Below are positions 13,401 through 26,281 of a DNA stretch of 64,000 bases, piece by piece. Location of the stretch: the NCBI GenBank assembly GCA_002633005.1, contig NMRA01000020.1, positions 764,803-828,802 of the forward strand, given 5' to 3'. Numbering within the stretch: position 1 is the stretch's first letter; each line of letters starts with the position of its first letter. The position numbers and the translations under genes are program-made. The notes under the pieces are model-generated. The model did not search any database, was not told where the DNA came from, and was given only the letters and a program-made list of their open reading frames with translations. The stretch comes from Phoronis australis (Eukaryota > Animalia > Phoronida).

Positions 13401-13639
13401 GCTTGGTCTAGTCAGAGAAGGCGGACTCCCGGCCCTGGGTGTTCAGACCACTAGTGGTCTGGGATATATGCTATTCCAAGTAAAAAAAAAATTACAGATA
13501 AATCTGTAACTTACTTTTGTCGAGTTTACGTTCTATTTTATTGCGATTCAAGACAAGTGTCATTTTTTCTGTGGTCAATGTTATCAGTGTTATTATTCAT
13601 GCTCATGCTCAGAGAGTAAGCCAAGTTTGCACATTATTA

Positions 13640-13800
13640 CCCCTTAATACGAGCTACAACTTCGAGTAAAGACTCGTGATTTGGAATATAAACTTAAAAT
13701 TTAGAGTTTAAACTTGAAGTTGTAACCTTAACGCTGGGTCATCAAGTGCAAGCTGGGATTAGACAGTCACCCACATGCACTCGAGTACAGGACAATAGAC
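13640..13800 (+). repeat. Interspersed MITE-like repeat shared with about 54900-55200
   Basis: ggtcatcaagtgcaagctgggattagacagtcaccca at 13736-13773 resembles ggtcattaagtgcaaagtagggttagacagtcatcca at about 55133-55169. Confidence 0.5.
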
Positions 13801-16382
13801 GCTTACCTTAAATTCGCCCAAAAAGTAGAATGAAAGATGTTATAATCATTCGACTGAGTTTGATTTCTTGTGAAAAAATTCGATCCCAGGCCCACACAGA
13901 AAAAAGAGAGACCTTTATATATGAGCACCCTCTAATAAAAATCGAGTCACACATTGCATCGTTTTGAAACCAACACACTGTAGGTGTGCGATTTTAGGTA
14001 AATCGTCTGCAGACAAAAAGTTAAAACCTGCTTGTGGATTAGCTACGTGTCTCCGCATGATATATATTGGACTTGCAACAGATATGTTTTTACGGACATC
14101 TTGTGAGTATCCAACATGTAGAATAAAATGGTTGATGCAGTGCGATTTGTTTTTATGTTCATCAATCATCCATATAATTTTTAGTAGGAGAATTGTTTTA
14201 ACAAACAAGGCTGCTGTGTTGGTAATGGAACTTCAGTGAAAAACTTTCCTTATTCCATTACAGAACACCAACACCGATGCGGTGATGGAACTTCTTGCAA
14301 ACAGACTGATACTTATAAGGCAAACAGGCAGCAGCCCACCCGAAGAATTCATACGGTCGCGCTTGATAGTAGGTGTACAGGATATCCTTCCACCAATCGA
14401 GGCGACCGTGACATTTGGCTGGAATGATGATGTTGAATTTGCCCTCAATTCCGTGTTTAGCCTGGTCTTTAACCCTGCAACCACAACGTATAAATAACCG
14501 AAAATTTATTAACGAGTGCAAATAATATTCACCCACTGACTCAAACAACGCCATCTGCAGTTGATGTCTGTTATATAATATTGAATTTACAGTTACAACA
14601 AAGCGTAAAATAGCTGTTCGTTAAATTTCGACATTGCAATGGTTATGCATGGTAAAGTGGGGTCTGAGGGATATCGTTGCCAGTTGGGAGTAAAGTGTCG
14701 CCCGTAAATTACGCTCCTAAATTTCGGGCGTAATGATACTTTCACAAAATCTCTATCTTGTGGCATAAACGCGCATAAGATTTATCGCCTTGCCCAAGGA
14801 AAACCAGCATGGGTCTGATAAAGCTCGACAGGCGGATTTCCGCTGTGCAGTAACATGTCGTCAAGGGAGCTGGAACAAAATGCACCTTGTTTCTCCATAA
14901 GCGGCGCAGCACTGAAATAAGTGGGGAGCTACATGTATAGCCCCATCCCCCTATACGGAGCGCCGCTCATGTTCTCGTCTCGCAAACAAGTCTATTTGGC
15001 TTTATTATGAAAATTCAAACCAAAGAAGAAAACTTGAATGCATCACCGCCAAGCGTAGTTTGGTACATAAATCGAATACAAAACGGATGTGTTCGGCTTT
15101 GACGCAAAATTGCGTTTCTGAGCGATTGGATTTTAAGTGCAGCGAGTTCAAACGTGTTGATAGGACACCATCTTAAACACAAAACTATTGACGAAAGAAC
15201 TAATTCTCTATCAATGTACCGTTCATTGCGTATTTCATGTTTCGCCATTTTTACTAAAAACGCATGATCACCTGAGCACAAGAATGGCACAGGGTTGGTG
15301 AATGACAGTTTTGCAAGTACACACAGTTCAACGAAGAAAATGACACGCTGTCATTTTCGACCGTAAACAAATATTCTGGGAGGTTGCAGTGGATCTACTC
15401 GCCATAGCAAAGGAAGTAGGTGTAAAACAGCGGTCGTCTGAGAATATCAAAGTGTTCTAAAGACAATTGACCTGTCGCAAGCTCCGCCCCCTTGCAAAAT
15501 GTCGACAAACAAATAAGTTTTAACCGGCAACGTGTTGTTTGTCTGATAAAGTAGCGACTTGGAAACGAGGGTGTTTCAAGAATGCTGCGTTCTGATTGGT
15601 CAGGGCGAGAGGTCAGTTATAAAAGCAAACCAAAGATCAACAGCTGTGATATTTGTTCGGACAGGTAATCATGAAATGTTACAGTAAGCATTTTGATAAA
15701 CTGACCTGTATCGGTATGGAACCATCAGCTCGTGGTCGTATGTATTCCAGAATGTAAAATTTTCATGGATCGTGAACCTGGTGACGATCCCAACTAATGT
15801 CCTCAAAGGCCCAGTCAGCCTCGGCATAATATGGATATCACTCTTTGGGCCTGCTGGTTTATTACACATGTCTCTGAAATTGCCTTGTGAAACCTTGACG
15901 GTAGTGTTTACCCAAGCATCGGCCAAGTGAAGCTTGACCCAATCGTCGCCCTTACGAACTGGTTTGCTGACATGGATGTGAATCCAGAGATCGTAGTCGC
16001 CCCTCTTCGGCGTGTGCAGCAAGAGATGGCAATGAGTGAGTTGGAACGTGTTAACCGTTTTCGCTGGTATGACTACACGCGTTTTGGCATGAGATCTTGC
16101 CCAGTTTTGATGGCCCTTCATTCTGAAGATAGTAACTGAGACAATTAAAGGTCTGGCAAAGGAATTTGCTTTGCACTACACACATTGTACAGGAACATGC
16201 GCTCTACAAGCATTCGTTCAATGACAGAAATATCTACGCACGGTTAGAGGGGCTTGTCTGTGACACAAGTTTCGTGCGAGACACTCGCGGTACGAAATCT
16301 AAGCAACGGAAATGAACTCTTATCCTCATAAGTGAACTTGGTGGCTACGGATGGGCATGAGCTGTCTTACAGCATCTCTTGT

Positions 16383-17131
16383 GGCGCTTTTCATTTGCCC
16401 ATCTTATCAGAGATTAGTATTTTTACCTTAATTATGTTTTGTCACTACCTCAGTATTACTTGTTATTGTATTAGTCATAATAAATGACCTTACTTGTAAT
16501 TGTTTTAGTCATAATATATGGCTTACCCCGGTCTTTGTTTCATGTCTGGTAACGAGCTTGTGACGCACGAACTATTATATATCATTCGGGACACATGTCG
16601 ATCATCAATGGTATTTCACTCGTTAAATATATTTATGTGAGCATATGAACCCGTCTTACTCCTTTCCCCCTCTAGTCCATTAATTAATTTGCGCAGGACT
16701 ACTCGTCCTTTTCCCAGCCTCGTTGGTCCATTGTTATCACGTGCCCAGAGTTAGGTCAGCTCTGGGTTCTCATAGGCTGACGATTGTTACATGTCCTTAG
16801 GAATTCACATTGTTATTGTAACTTCGTTTTCAGTTCACCTCCTTCGTCCTCGTCGACGTACATGTACGTCTAAAACTTAAATTTTTCCCACCCCTACCAT
16901 CCCCCTTTTCGGTATTCTCTCGTACTTCCACATGGCTGGCGCTTTTCATTTGCCCCTCTTACCAGAGATTAGTATTTTTACCTTACTTATGATTAGTCAC
17001 TACCTATTACTTGCAATTGCAATAGTCATAATTAATGACCTTATATCGCCAACACCGGTCTTTGTTTCATCTCTGGTAACGAGCTTGTGACGCACGAACT
17101 ATTCTATATCATTCGGGACATATGTCGATCA
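16383..17131 (+). repeat. Pair of ~200-bp direct repeats (16383-16604 and 16938-17131) around a ~330-bp spacer
   Basis: Both begin ggcgcttttcatttgccc and end ggtaacgagcttgtgacgcacgaactatt...cattcgggaca.atgtcgatca. Confidence 0.85.
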
Positions 17132-18624
17132 TAAAATTTTTTTGATTGTTTCATGTTGAGGTGCCCACCTGAAAGATTTTATCAGGGTGGTAAATTTGAC
17201 AACTATATGCAAACTAAGGCTGTCATAATGCAAAATTCTGTTTTTGCTTAAGACTTCCTTACCAAGCACCATACGTAGATTATTTTGTGTTTTTATCGGT
17301 GTTTCTAGGGTCGATGAATTCAATTGGAGCTAGTTTATAGGTGGATAAATCGTGAATTTTCATACTTTATGCATATAAGGCCACAGTTATTTAAAAATTG
17401 AGTTTTTTGCTTATACAATGTAGCTGGCATAAAAAGCAGCACAGGTAAGTGATATTGATATTTTCTGCTATGTTTCTATAATCAATTAATTTAATGAAAT
17501 GAGCTGCAGGCTGTTTCATGATAAATTTTGTAACTTTCGAGAGTAACAAATGTTTGCGTCAACTGATAAAAAAGAAAATGAAATGTTTTAAATACATGTA
17601 TGTCTCTCAATTGTAGGATGCATAAATTTTCCAGTCAAGTCTTTGGAGTTTCTAAATTTGATGTTCTAGTTGTGAAAATAACGCCACGTATCTCGATGTA
17701 TGATCTTAGTAACTTCCTAGAGAGTAAGCTTATTACCCATAATAGCGCACACTTCTGAGCTAGTTTGCATAAAACTTCAAAATTATCCTCTAGATAAGTT
17801 TTATTGTTACATGACGTCAGGTGCATTGCTCAACAATAACAAATTGGGGCGTGGTAGTGCGACGTCATTGTTGCTATACGGCGTATAACTTTTATGCAAC
17901 TGGGCCGTGATGATGATTTCAGATACTACATCAGGTGGTACAGTCACGCAATATTCTCTCAATCTTAATCAAACCGTCCACAGTTATGTAACCAAGACGA
18001 TGAGCCAAACTATTCTTGGTGGTCACAATTAACAAGAATTATTCAAATGCATGATGTAACCACCTAAAAACTGATTTTAGTAATTCATTGACCACAAAAA
18101 AACCTGGGTGGAAATATCGAAATAATCATCAAGTTATGAGCAGATACATAATTTAAATAATGGCGTCCCTTATTTGCATAAATTACCCAAATTTATCATA
18201 CAGCAACCTGTTAACTTATTTCATTAAAGGAGAATGCCACCCGATTTAATTAGTCTTTTTTTACCGTCTTAATCGGACTATATCCATCTAATCTCGTATA
18301 CGGTAGATCGTACCTCGCCGAGAGGTGTCGCGTTAATCTGTGAGGAAGGTGAGAAACGATGCAGCGTCGCCAGTGGTTCTTCTGCAGAGTGAGTACCGCT
18401 AATGGTGTGGTGTATCGTTACGCTTGTACGAAGTATGAAAATGCAAGGAAAGCGGGTATATCATTTTCCGATTTCCTCAAGAACCAATAATCCTTCGGAA
18501 GTGGCTCGCGGCAGTGAAGAATGAAAAGTACGCCGTTAATACCAAGTATAAGGCCGTGAAACTTCTCCGTGTCTGTCAGTGGCCCGCATTAAGTCGGATC
18601 TGTTGTTGATCAGTTTTTGATTAT

Positions 18625-20312
18625 AGACCCCATTCACGCTGACAGGAGGCCCGTTCCAAAACGAGGCTCCCTACGATAGCTCTGGTGGCTTATCCGCGTA
18701 GTTGAACTCCGCGTTGCTCGAACAGCTAGAAAAATACGGATACTCTGTTTTACAATCCATAAGGACGTTGAGATTCGGAAGCGTTGGGTCCTTGCCATAC
18801 GCCGCGACGAAGGAAAATATGTCCGTGTAAAATTTATAACTGTTTTCGAATCATAATTTGTCGCATCTCGGACTGGATGCCGCCATAGCAACGAGGACCG
18901 GAGAATCTTCGGCCAGCCAGGCTGTGTTTTCATGACTATGGGTTGAAGCGCGATGCATTTTTCTTTACAAAAAGGACAGGGCCCTCAATCCCTCAATTTT
19001 GGGGCCAAATATCGGCCCTATTCCTCTCTCAAAAATGTTGAAAAATCACGCGAAATTCCCGGCCACGAGGCCTAAAAATCCCCTTTGTGATTGAAAATTT
19101 CTCTCTAACGGTTCAAATCACCTGTGACCACAGAGGTGACAATTTGAAAAAGTACAAAATCACAGGCGGATTTNAGCTTGCAAAAGGGCGGCGTGCTATT
19201 GATGGCGATCGGGAGGTCAGTAGAGTTTTCACTGACCCGTCACTCGGCGAAAAGCCTCTCAGAAGGCCACACACACATGAGGCGCCTTTCCCCTCGGATA
19301 TGAACGAGGTCTCTGAAGAAACATGATAACTATGCTTGTTCCAGGGGGGATCCAGGACTTTGAGTTAGGGGGAAGGGGGCAAGGCAGAGTATTAGCCAGG
19401 ATTTTGCCTGTCAGAAATTCGCGCTCCTGAACTGCCAAATGGAATCTGGGAGAATTTTAGGGGGGGGGGGCTGGGGCAAAACCCCTTGGCTCCCCCTCTA
19501 TATCCGCCACTGTGTTCTGCCCAGTTAACTGAAATTGAGCTCTAAAACGAGGTTATGCTTTGGACGAAAGCATTAGGTGTCTTAATTTTAAAATTCAACT
19601 TGGTCGAGATTGATATTTGAAAAATATAACACATGAAATAGACGTAATTATTAAAACCAAGAAAGCAGAATTGATGGTCATATAATTTTTAATTTCAATT
19701 ACGATCCTATTTTTTATCGTAATCAAAATATATATTTAATAACATCAAGTATTATTTCAGATCAACAACAAATCAACTGTTAGTCCCGATAGTGCCCACC
19801 TCACCAGAACCTAGGCTATGCTTGAAGCTAATAGGCCTACTCTTGATCAACAAATTAAACCAGATGAGACTAATTGCACATGACAACAAAATGCTATGAG
19901 CCACCACTGTCGAATATATCTTCAACTCGTCAACAATACGACCAGATGACCTGGTTCGTGTAGAAAGCATTTTTATCAAGAATTTATTAGAACGTAACCC
20001 TGCATTCAGCCTGATACCTAATCCGTAACACTACGATCGCCGCAATTTGGTCATGTTTACTTTTCATGTTTCGAACCTAGTTTTCCGGAAAAAAAATATA
20101 TCCTTTCGTCAGACAACTCTTTGGTGCATTGACTTGTTCGTTAAATGTATTTTTCTACGTCTCTGTGGTTAATTATTGACACATTTTTAAGATTTAATAT
20201 CCAGGTTGGACTCCAAAGACCGGCCATTTAACTCCCGCAATGTAAATTTCTGCTTTGTTTATCGCGGTGAGCCTCGCTTTGGATTTTAATGTCCGCCGCG
20301 TGAATAAAGTCT
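18625..20312 (+). mobile_element. ISL2EU-like DNA transposon remnant with THAP domain, nested in Kolobok copy 2
   Basis: AT|AGACCCATTCACGC ... GCGTGAATAAAGTCT|AT forms an imperfect TIR with a 2-bp AT TSD. About 18690-18835 translates, with lesions, to PRCSNS...KDVEIRKRWVLAIRRDEGKY, a THAP core. Confidence 0.6.
19342..19512. mobile_element. Short GC-rich MITE (CAG(G/T)GGCGGAT-type termini)
   Basis: CAGGGGGGATCCAG ... CTATATCCGCCACTG, flanked on both sides by TGTTC. Similar MITEs lie at about 44445-44601 and 58265-58433. Confidence 0.6.
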
Positions 20313-22047
20313 ATGGAGAATTGTAGTTAGCTATGAAACCATAAACAATTACAATTAATTCAAGGCGTGGGAACACAACGTTTTGCATAACCTGTTTGAT
20401 TACTGACTCGTTCGAGAGGCTTCTGTTTGGTACTCTGGGTGTAGGATGTTTTCGCCAGTTCTTTTTCTCAGCCATAGAAAAACGTCGTAAGAACACTTCT
20501 GTTTAGATGCGGTACAAAACCAGAATGGTCCGTGAGACACATCTGCGCTTCTCCAAGAAGGCGTTTCACTTGCGGAATTTCGTGGAAGCAAACGCAAGCG
20601 TCAGTCGTTTCCATTATCGTGCAGTTAGCTCACTGACACCATGACAGCTCATTCAAACGGTTTTCGGAACTATCCAAACATATATGTTCTGTTGTCTGTG
20701 CAAGTTCACGGAGCCTCTCTATTATTTTTTGACCAGTGTATTCCGGTTCGAACTGCTAGTCTGTGAAACCTAACGATCGACCAGTGAAGCCTTCGTTGGA
20801 TGAGCACTCGTCTAAGTCGGGACTGCGAATAGCCTAGTGCCACGTTGACGTTTATTATCGTGCGTTCTGTTTCAAAATGTATTATTCTCACCCTAACCAA
20901 TTCTTATATAAAACTGAAACAAAGTCTGTCTCATTAGATACAATTTGTAATACCTTGGAGTGTTCGTGAGTGCAAATATTTTGAGAAGCCACCAATGAAT
21001 AAATCACTGCATTACCGGCTTTAGATGCAATAAACTACATGTACTTGACCGGACACCGAGGCCGTGTGCAGCTCATGCTAACTCAGTGTTTGTTGACAGA
21101 AAGCTGTTGTGAAACAATAACTCCTTATATATTATGGTCAGATGTTACGAGAATCTTTACTTATAGATATTCATATACATTATTCGGATCATTGTTACTG
21201 TACAACTATTACCCTGCTGACGGGTTGTGGAAGGATAACCCGACTTCGCGGCCCCCGACGAGCTAGTAAGTAGATTTGCAGTTTCGCGGCTAATTCACCA
21301 AAATAATCACGTGCACATATTTTCTTTGGCTCACTAGTATAGTCTTTTCGTGACTGTAAGTTTAGTTTCCAACTTTGGTTGGTTTATGTTCGTGATGTTT
21401 TCAGTCCGGCCGAGATGGGTATGTTCGGGTTCCGAGCCACTGGACGGGATAGCAAGCGTTTTGTGCGTTTAGAACTGAAAAAAATCACATGTGTAAAACT
21501 ACAACTCACAGCTATGTTCTCCTGTCTGCATTTCACGGACGAATAATTTGAATTTATCACCGAACAGACCCCAAACTCCCGTGACCGACCTTGGTAAATT
21601 GGCCCACCGAACTTTGTAAGCTCCACTAAATTCACTGATCATAGAAAAACGGGTGAAAACAAAATAATCTAGCTACAGTGTTTGATGAGGAAGTTATTAG
21701 TAAAACTATAGTTTTGCATAATGGCGGCCTAATGATCAAGAATGTCAAGATTACAAACCAGCTAAACCGCTTTAGAGGGAGGGAGGTATCTAGACATACA
21801 ACCAGCAATAAACCATATACTACCAACATTTTGTACTCGAAATCAAACTACAAATTGTTCTTGACATTTTCCGTTATACTCTTGTGTAAAATTAAGATGA
21901 GTACAATAAAAATTGCTACAATTCTCATATTTGAGCTACAAATTAGAGTAAATACTTGAGATTTCGATTAAAATATCTAGATGTCGACATCAGATTAAAA
22001 GTTATACATGTAGGTTTAATGCTGGAGTCATCAAGCTTAGTTGCATT

Positions 22048-22911
22048 AGATCAAGTTTGAGTCTAATACTGAAATAAAAACTTAAAAAAATTAGCGACGT
22101 TGCGTCCGCATCTCACGGATTTCAGCTTGGCTTGTGACGTTATCGTTTTTCTGACCAATTGGTGGCGTTTTGGCTAAACGGCGCTGCATTGACGTCAGTG
22201 CACCATCCCATACGTGTGACAAATCGAATCGTAATCCCCCTCTTTTATTTAAAGAGGGGCTCTTAATGTTCTCAAGGAGAGCTTCCTTTACATCCCTTTT
22301 GAACCAGTCTTCCTCACAGTCTAGTATCTAGTGACATCATCCGTATTGAAATCATGTCCAGGAGCGCACATGTGGCTAAAATAGCTGAATCATAAGTGTC
22401 CCCGTAACTAGGACGACAATGTTGTAACATACGCATTTTAATAGACTGTTTCGTTTCACCAATAAAACCGTCTGAGCACTGAGGATCCTTACACCTGACA
22501 CCATAGACAACACAAAATTTATTAACCTTGGGGGTCTTGTCCTTGACATTAACCAGTTGGCTGCGGAGAGAACTAAAGGGTTTGTGGATAATAGAAGTGT
22601 CAAACTGTTTAAATGTCCTCTTGAGGCAGTCAGACACGCCCTGGACGTAAGGAATCACCACATGAGTAAGAGAACTAACAGTAGTGATTGTCTGAGTGTT
22701 TACTTTTCTCCTCTCTGATCTTTCCGCTTTGGTGAACGACCAACGTGGATAACCGCATTTGGCAAGGGCATCTTTAGTGTAATTCAGTTCCTCAGAAATG
22801 GTCGAAGGATCACAAATAATGGTGTTAGCTCTGTGGTTCAAAGTGCGAATCACACCCAGCTTGTGGATGAGAGGATGGTTCGAGTCAAATTGAAGATAGT
22901 GGTCAATGTGA
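22048..22911 (-). mobile_element. Penelope-like element (Penelope/Poseidon type): RT thumb, GIY-YIG endonuclease and 3' end, 5'-truncated
   Basis: DHYLQFDSNHPLIHKLGVIRTLNHRA...CGYP...VVIPYVQGVS...VVYGVRC..C..FIGETKQS..RM.QH: the PLE linker plus the GIY-YIG motif. Confidence 0.9.
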
Positions 22912-23495
22912 CTCCCTCAAGAGGACATTTAAACAGTTTGGCATTTCTATTATTTACCAACCCTATAATTCTCTCCGCAGGACAAGACCCCTAAGGTTGT
23001 GTTGTCTATGGTGTCAGGTGTAAGGATCCTCGGTGCTCAGACAGTTACATTGGTGAAACGAAACAGTCCATTAAAATGGGTATGTTCCACCATCGTCGTC
23101 CTAGTTACGGGGACACTGATGATTCGGCTATTTTTAGACACATGTGCGCCACTGGACATGATTTCAATACGGATGATGTTACTACCTTAGACTGTGAGGA
23201 ACACTGGCTCAAAAGGGGTGTAATGGAAGCTCTCCATGAGCGCACTGAGAGTCCCTCTTTAAATTAAAGAGGCGGTTTACGATTCGATTTGTCACACGTA
23301 TGGGATGGTGTACTGATGTCAACGCCGCGCCGTTTAGCCAAAACGCCACCAATTGGTCAGAATAACGATAACGTCACAAGCCAAGCTGAAGTCCGTGAGA
23401 TGCGGACGCAACGTCGCAAATTTTTGTAAGTTTTTATTCCAGTATTAGACTCAAACTTGATCTGTTTTCTCAACTGGATGTCTCAAAATTTCCAT
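22912..23495 (+). mobile_element. Inverted second segment of the same Penelope-like element (GIY-YIG and 3' end)
   Basis: Reverse complement of about 22050-22627. Encodes YIGETKQS, HMCATGHDF, RGVMEA and PSLN. Confidence 0.88.
23386..23415 (+). ncRNA. Degenerate or variant minimal hammerhead ribozyme motif in the PLE 3' region (mirror copy at 22096-22125, minus strand)
   Basis: CTGAA-GTCCG-TGAGATG-CGGAC-GCAAC-GTC. Stem II is intact, but the core deviates from CTGAnGA...GAAAC. Confidence 0.45.
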
Positions 23496-23959
23496 GCTTA
23501 GTTGGATTATATTGTCACACACGGAAATCATACCAGACACTGGGGCACAGAAAATTTATTTTTATTTTTGAAAAGTAGAACTACAGGAACCAACGTAGAG
23601 TGCGACTGGAAGTGCAGCTTACCATGTTTTGTAAATGCAAGGAATTCGCAATTTTGCGTTTTTAAACGCAAACTCAAGGAAGTCTTCGCGCGATATCGCC
23701 ATTCAACGCAAACAAAGCACGAGATCACACTCTTCTCTTCTTTAGTGAAAAAGATTCCAACTTCTTAGAACAGAGATATTCCATGATAATTATTTGTGTC
23801 ATTGGCAGAGCCTTGTTTTTGCATAGTACATATTATGGCATCACACCAGGTTTGCGGAAAAAATCCATTATTAAGAAAGCTATTAAATGAGACAGTTATA
23901 AAATTGGAGTAATAAGCTGGTTGGTACACTTAAACATTTCATAGACAAACACATCAACT

Positions 23960-25818
23960 CTAGCTGCCTTGCTATTACGCGGGAAATTAATTGTTTCACA
24001 CACTTAATGCTCAGTGATACGTTTCTCAGGAATGTCGTTTGTGCAATCCTGGCAACCACTGTTATGCGTAGATGAAAACTTACTGCAATCACATTTATTA
24101 TCTCAGTCACAGTTTGATGCTGAGGCTCAATGTCTGTCTGAAAACTACAATGGTGCAACACAATACAATTTTCTCCATCAAATACTCATACACGTTGGAG
24201 AAACCTTCATCACTGAAATCTCCATTCCTGCGACAGATCGAAGCACGATTCTACATGATGGGCTGAGCACAAAATGACCCCCACACTGATCGCTTGCTCC
24301 GCCGTGTACTGCTATTCCCGTGTTCGACGCACGAACCTGGGCCATTTTTGGGCGATCTTGGAGTCTTTTGGACGCCCAAAAACTGAAAGATTGTCTGTCC
24401 CATTGCTCTTACTTCATTCTCCTCACACGCAACCTGCTCATAATACTCAGTGGATTCATGCCTGGTAACAGCACTGTGTCGCAACTTACAGATTGTACAC
24501 GACATCCACCTCCAGTTTAATGAGCAAGGGTACAACGTGAGATCCGTATTTTAGACATTGCGTCACCTTTTGATGTCGTTCCCCATGATCTGCTTCTACA
24601 TAAATTACAATCTTACGGTTTCTCAGGCACTTTCCTCTTACTTTTAAAATCATATCTGGAAAATCGAACTTACAAAGTCCGAATTGAGGGTGTCTTATCA
24701 CCTTCATCAACACCAGGTTTCGTAAATGCTGGAGTACCACAGGGTAGCGTACTAGGCCCCTTACTCTTTTTACTGTACATCAATGATCTTCCAGACACGA
24801 TAAGCTCTAAAACATTCTTATATGCTGATGACACTGCAATTTTCCACCCATTCTCAAAAGAGCATCCCCATGACNNNNNNNNNNNNNNNNNNNNNNNNNN
24901 NNNNNNNNNNNNNNNNNNNNNNNNNNNNNNNNNNNNNNNNNNNNNNNNNNNNNNNNNNNNNNNNNNNNNNNNNNNNNNNNNNNNNNNNNNNNNNNNNNNN
25001 NNNNNNNNNNNNNNNNNNNNNNNNNNNNNNNNNNNNNNNNNNNNNNNNNNNNNNNNNNNNNNNNNNNNNNNNNNNNNNNNNNNNNNNNNNNNNNNNNNNN
25101 NNNNNNNNNNNNNNNNNNNNNNNNNNNNNNNNNNNNNNNNNNNNNNNNNNNNNNNNNNNNNNNNNNNNNNNNNNNNNNNNNNNNNNNNNNNNNNNNNNNN
25201 NNNNNNNNNNNNNNNNNNNNNNNNNNNNNNNNNNNNNNNNNNNNNNNNNNNNNNNNNNNNNNNNNNNNNNNNNNNNNNNNNNNNNNNNNNNNNNNNNNNN
25301 NNNNNNNNNNNNNNNNNNNNNNNNNNNNNNNNNNNNNNNNNNNNNNNNNNNNNNNNNNNNNNNNNNNNNNNNNNNNNNNNNNNNNNNNNNNNNNNNNNNN
25401 NNNNNNNNNNNNNNNNNNNNTACAGCTCTTCCAGACACTCGAACAATACCCCAATGTTTATAAAAAAATATTCTGAAATTCCGCAATTGTACAACAAAAT
25501 TAATTTCTTTCTATATGGATGTCAAGAACTTAACTCAAACGAAAATAAGGTTTTATTTGAAATAGTATCAGAATCTCTTTATAACATTAAATCTCTTTGT
25601 GTGAGTGGATAGAATTTTATACATCTGTGTGAAAATGAATTATTTTCATTCGTTGTCATATATATTCTTAACATCAGTTTTTTATTAATGTATTCGTATA
25701 TAATCATTGTATATAGACTTCTTTGTATTTTTTACCCAGATCTAATGCCCCTTGGCGCTTTCTGGATTATGTATATTCATTGTATTCTGAAGATTTCGTA
25801 ATAAACATTAAAAAAAAA
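23960..25818 (+). mobile_element. CR1/L2-group LINE remnant (RT domain, gap, 3' end with poly-A)
   Basis: 24450-24874 reads [50 protein letters not shown] and [14 protein letters not shown] plus an A-tract at 25800-25818. The link across the gap is inferred. Confidence 0.85.
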
Positions 25819-26130
25819 CTCAGTCGAACTCAGTTTTCGAGACCACTTCGGCTACCTGATGGTGTAGAACTACACAATGGCGGAAACCGGACCCAATGAT
25901 GACATCACACAAATATTATATGTATTATGTGCAATTGCGTTCAGTTCCAACATCGATTATAGACAACAGATTTGCAAGTCCGACATTTTCTTGCGTACTA
26001 TCCTAGAGGACGCGTCACTGTCCTAAATTATCTGTTTCAGTTTCCGGTTAGTGTATTGTGACGACACAACAGCCGACCATGATTAGCAGACGACGTACTT
26101 GCCGAAAATAAAACCTGCTAATTTGGCCAG

Positions 26131-26281
26131 GTGTGCGTTTAGTAACGTCAGGACCTACGCTAGGACCTAGATGAAATCTAACATGAGTAACCTGTTCTCA
26201 TTCAAAATACATAGCAATATCTCACATAATCTCGCAAAGTCTAGCTTTTTAGCGAGGCCCCTAGCGTTACTGAACGGCAGG
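26131..26281. mobile_element. ~150-bp MITE inserted into an older repeat; another copy at about 31350-31482 (inverted)
   Basis: Termini GTGCGTTTAGTAACG ... CGTTACTGAACG. The host repeat (26060-26360) occurs without this insert at 37100-37272. Confidence 0.7.

Larger units (their letters stand above)
18228..21635 (+). mobile_element. Kolobok family 1, copy 2, interrupted by an insertion at about 18577-20705; right end missing
   Basis: Starts TTAA + AGGAGAATGCCAC. 18228-18576 aligns with 3665-4010 (THAP) and about 20706-21620 aligns with about 4097-4960. Confidence 0.8.

Noticed and set aside
20311-20496. Possible Harbinger/ISL2EU DDE transposase C-terminus (KNWR...IVIVYGFIANYNSP)
   Set aside because: The resemblance is too weak, with no upstream catalytic motifs.
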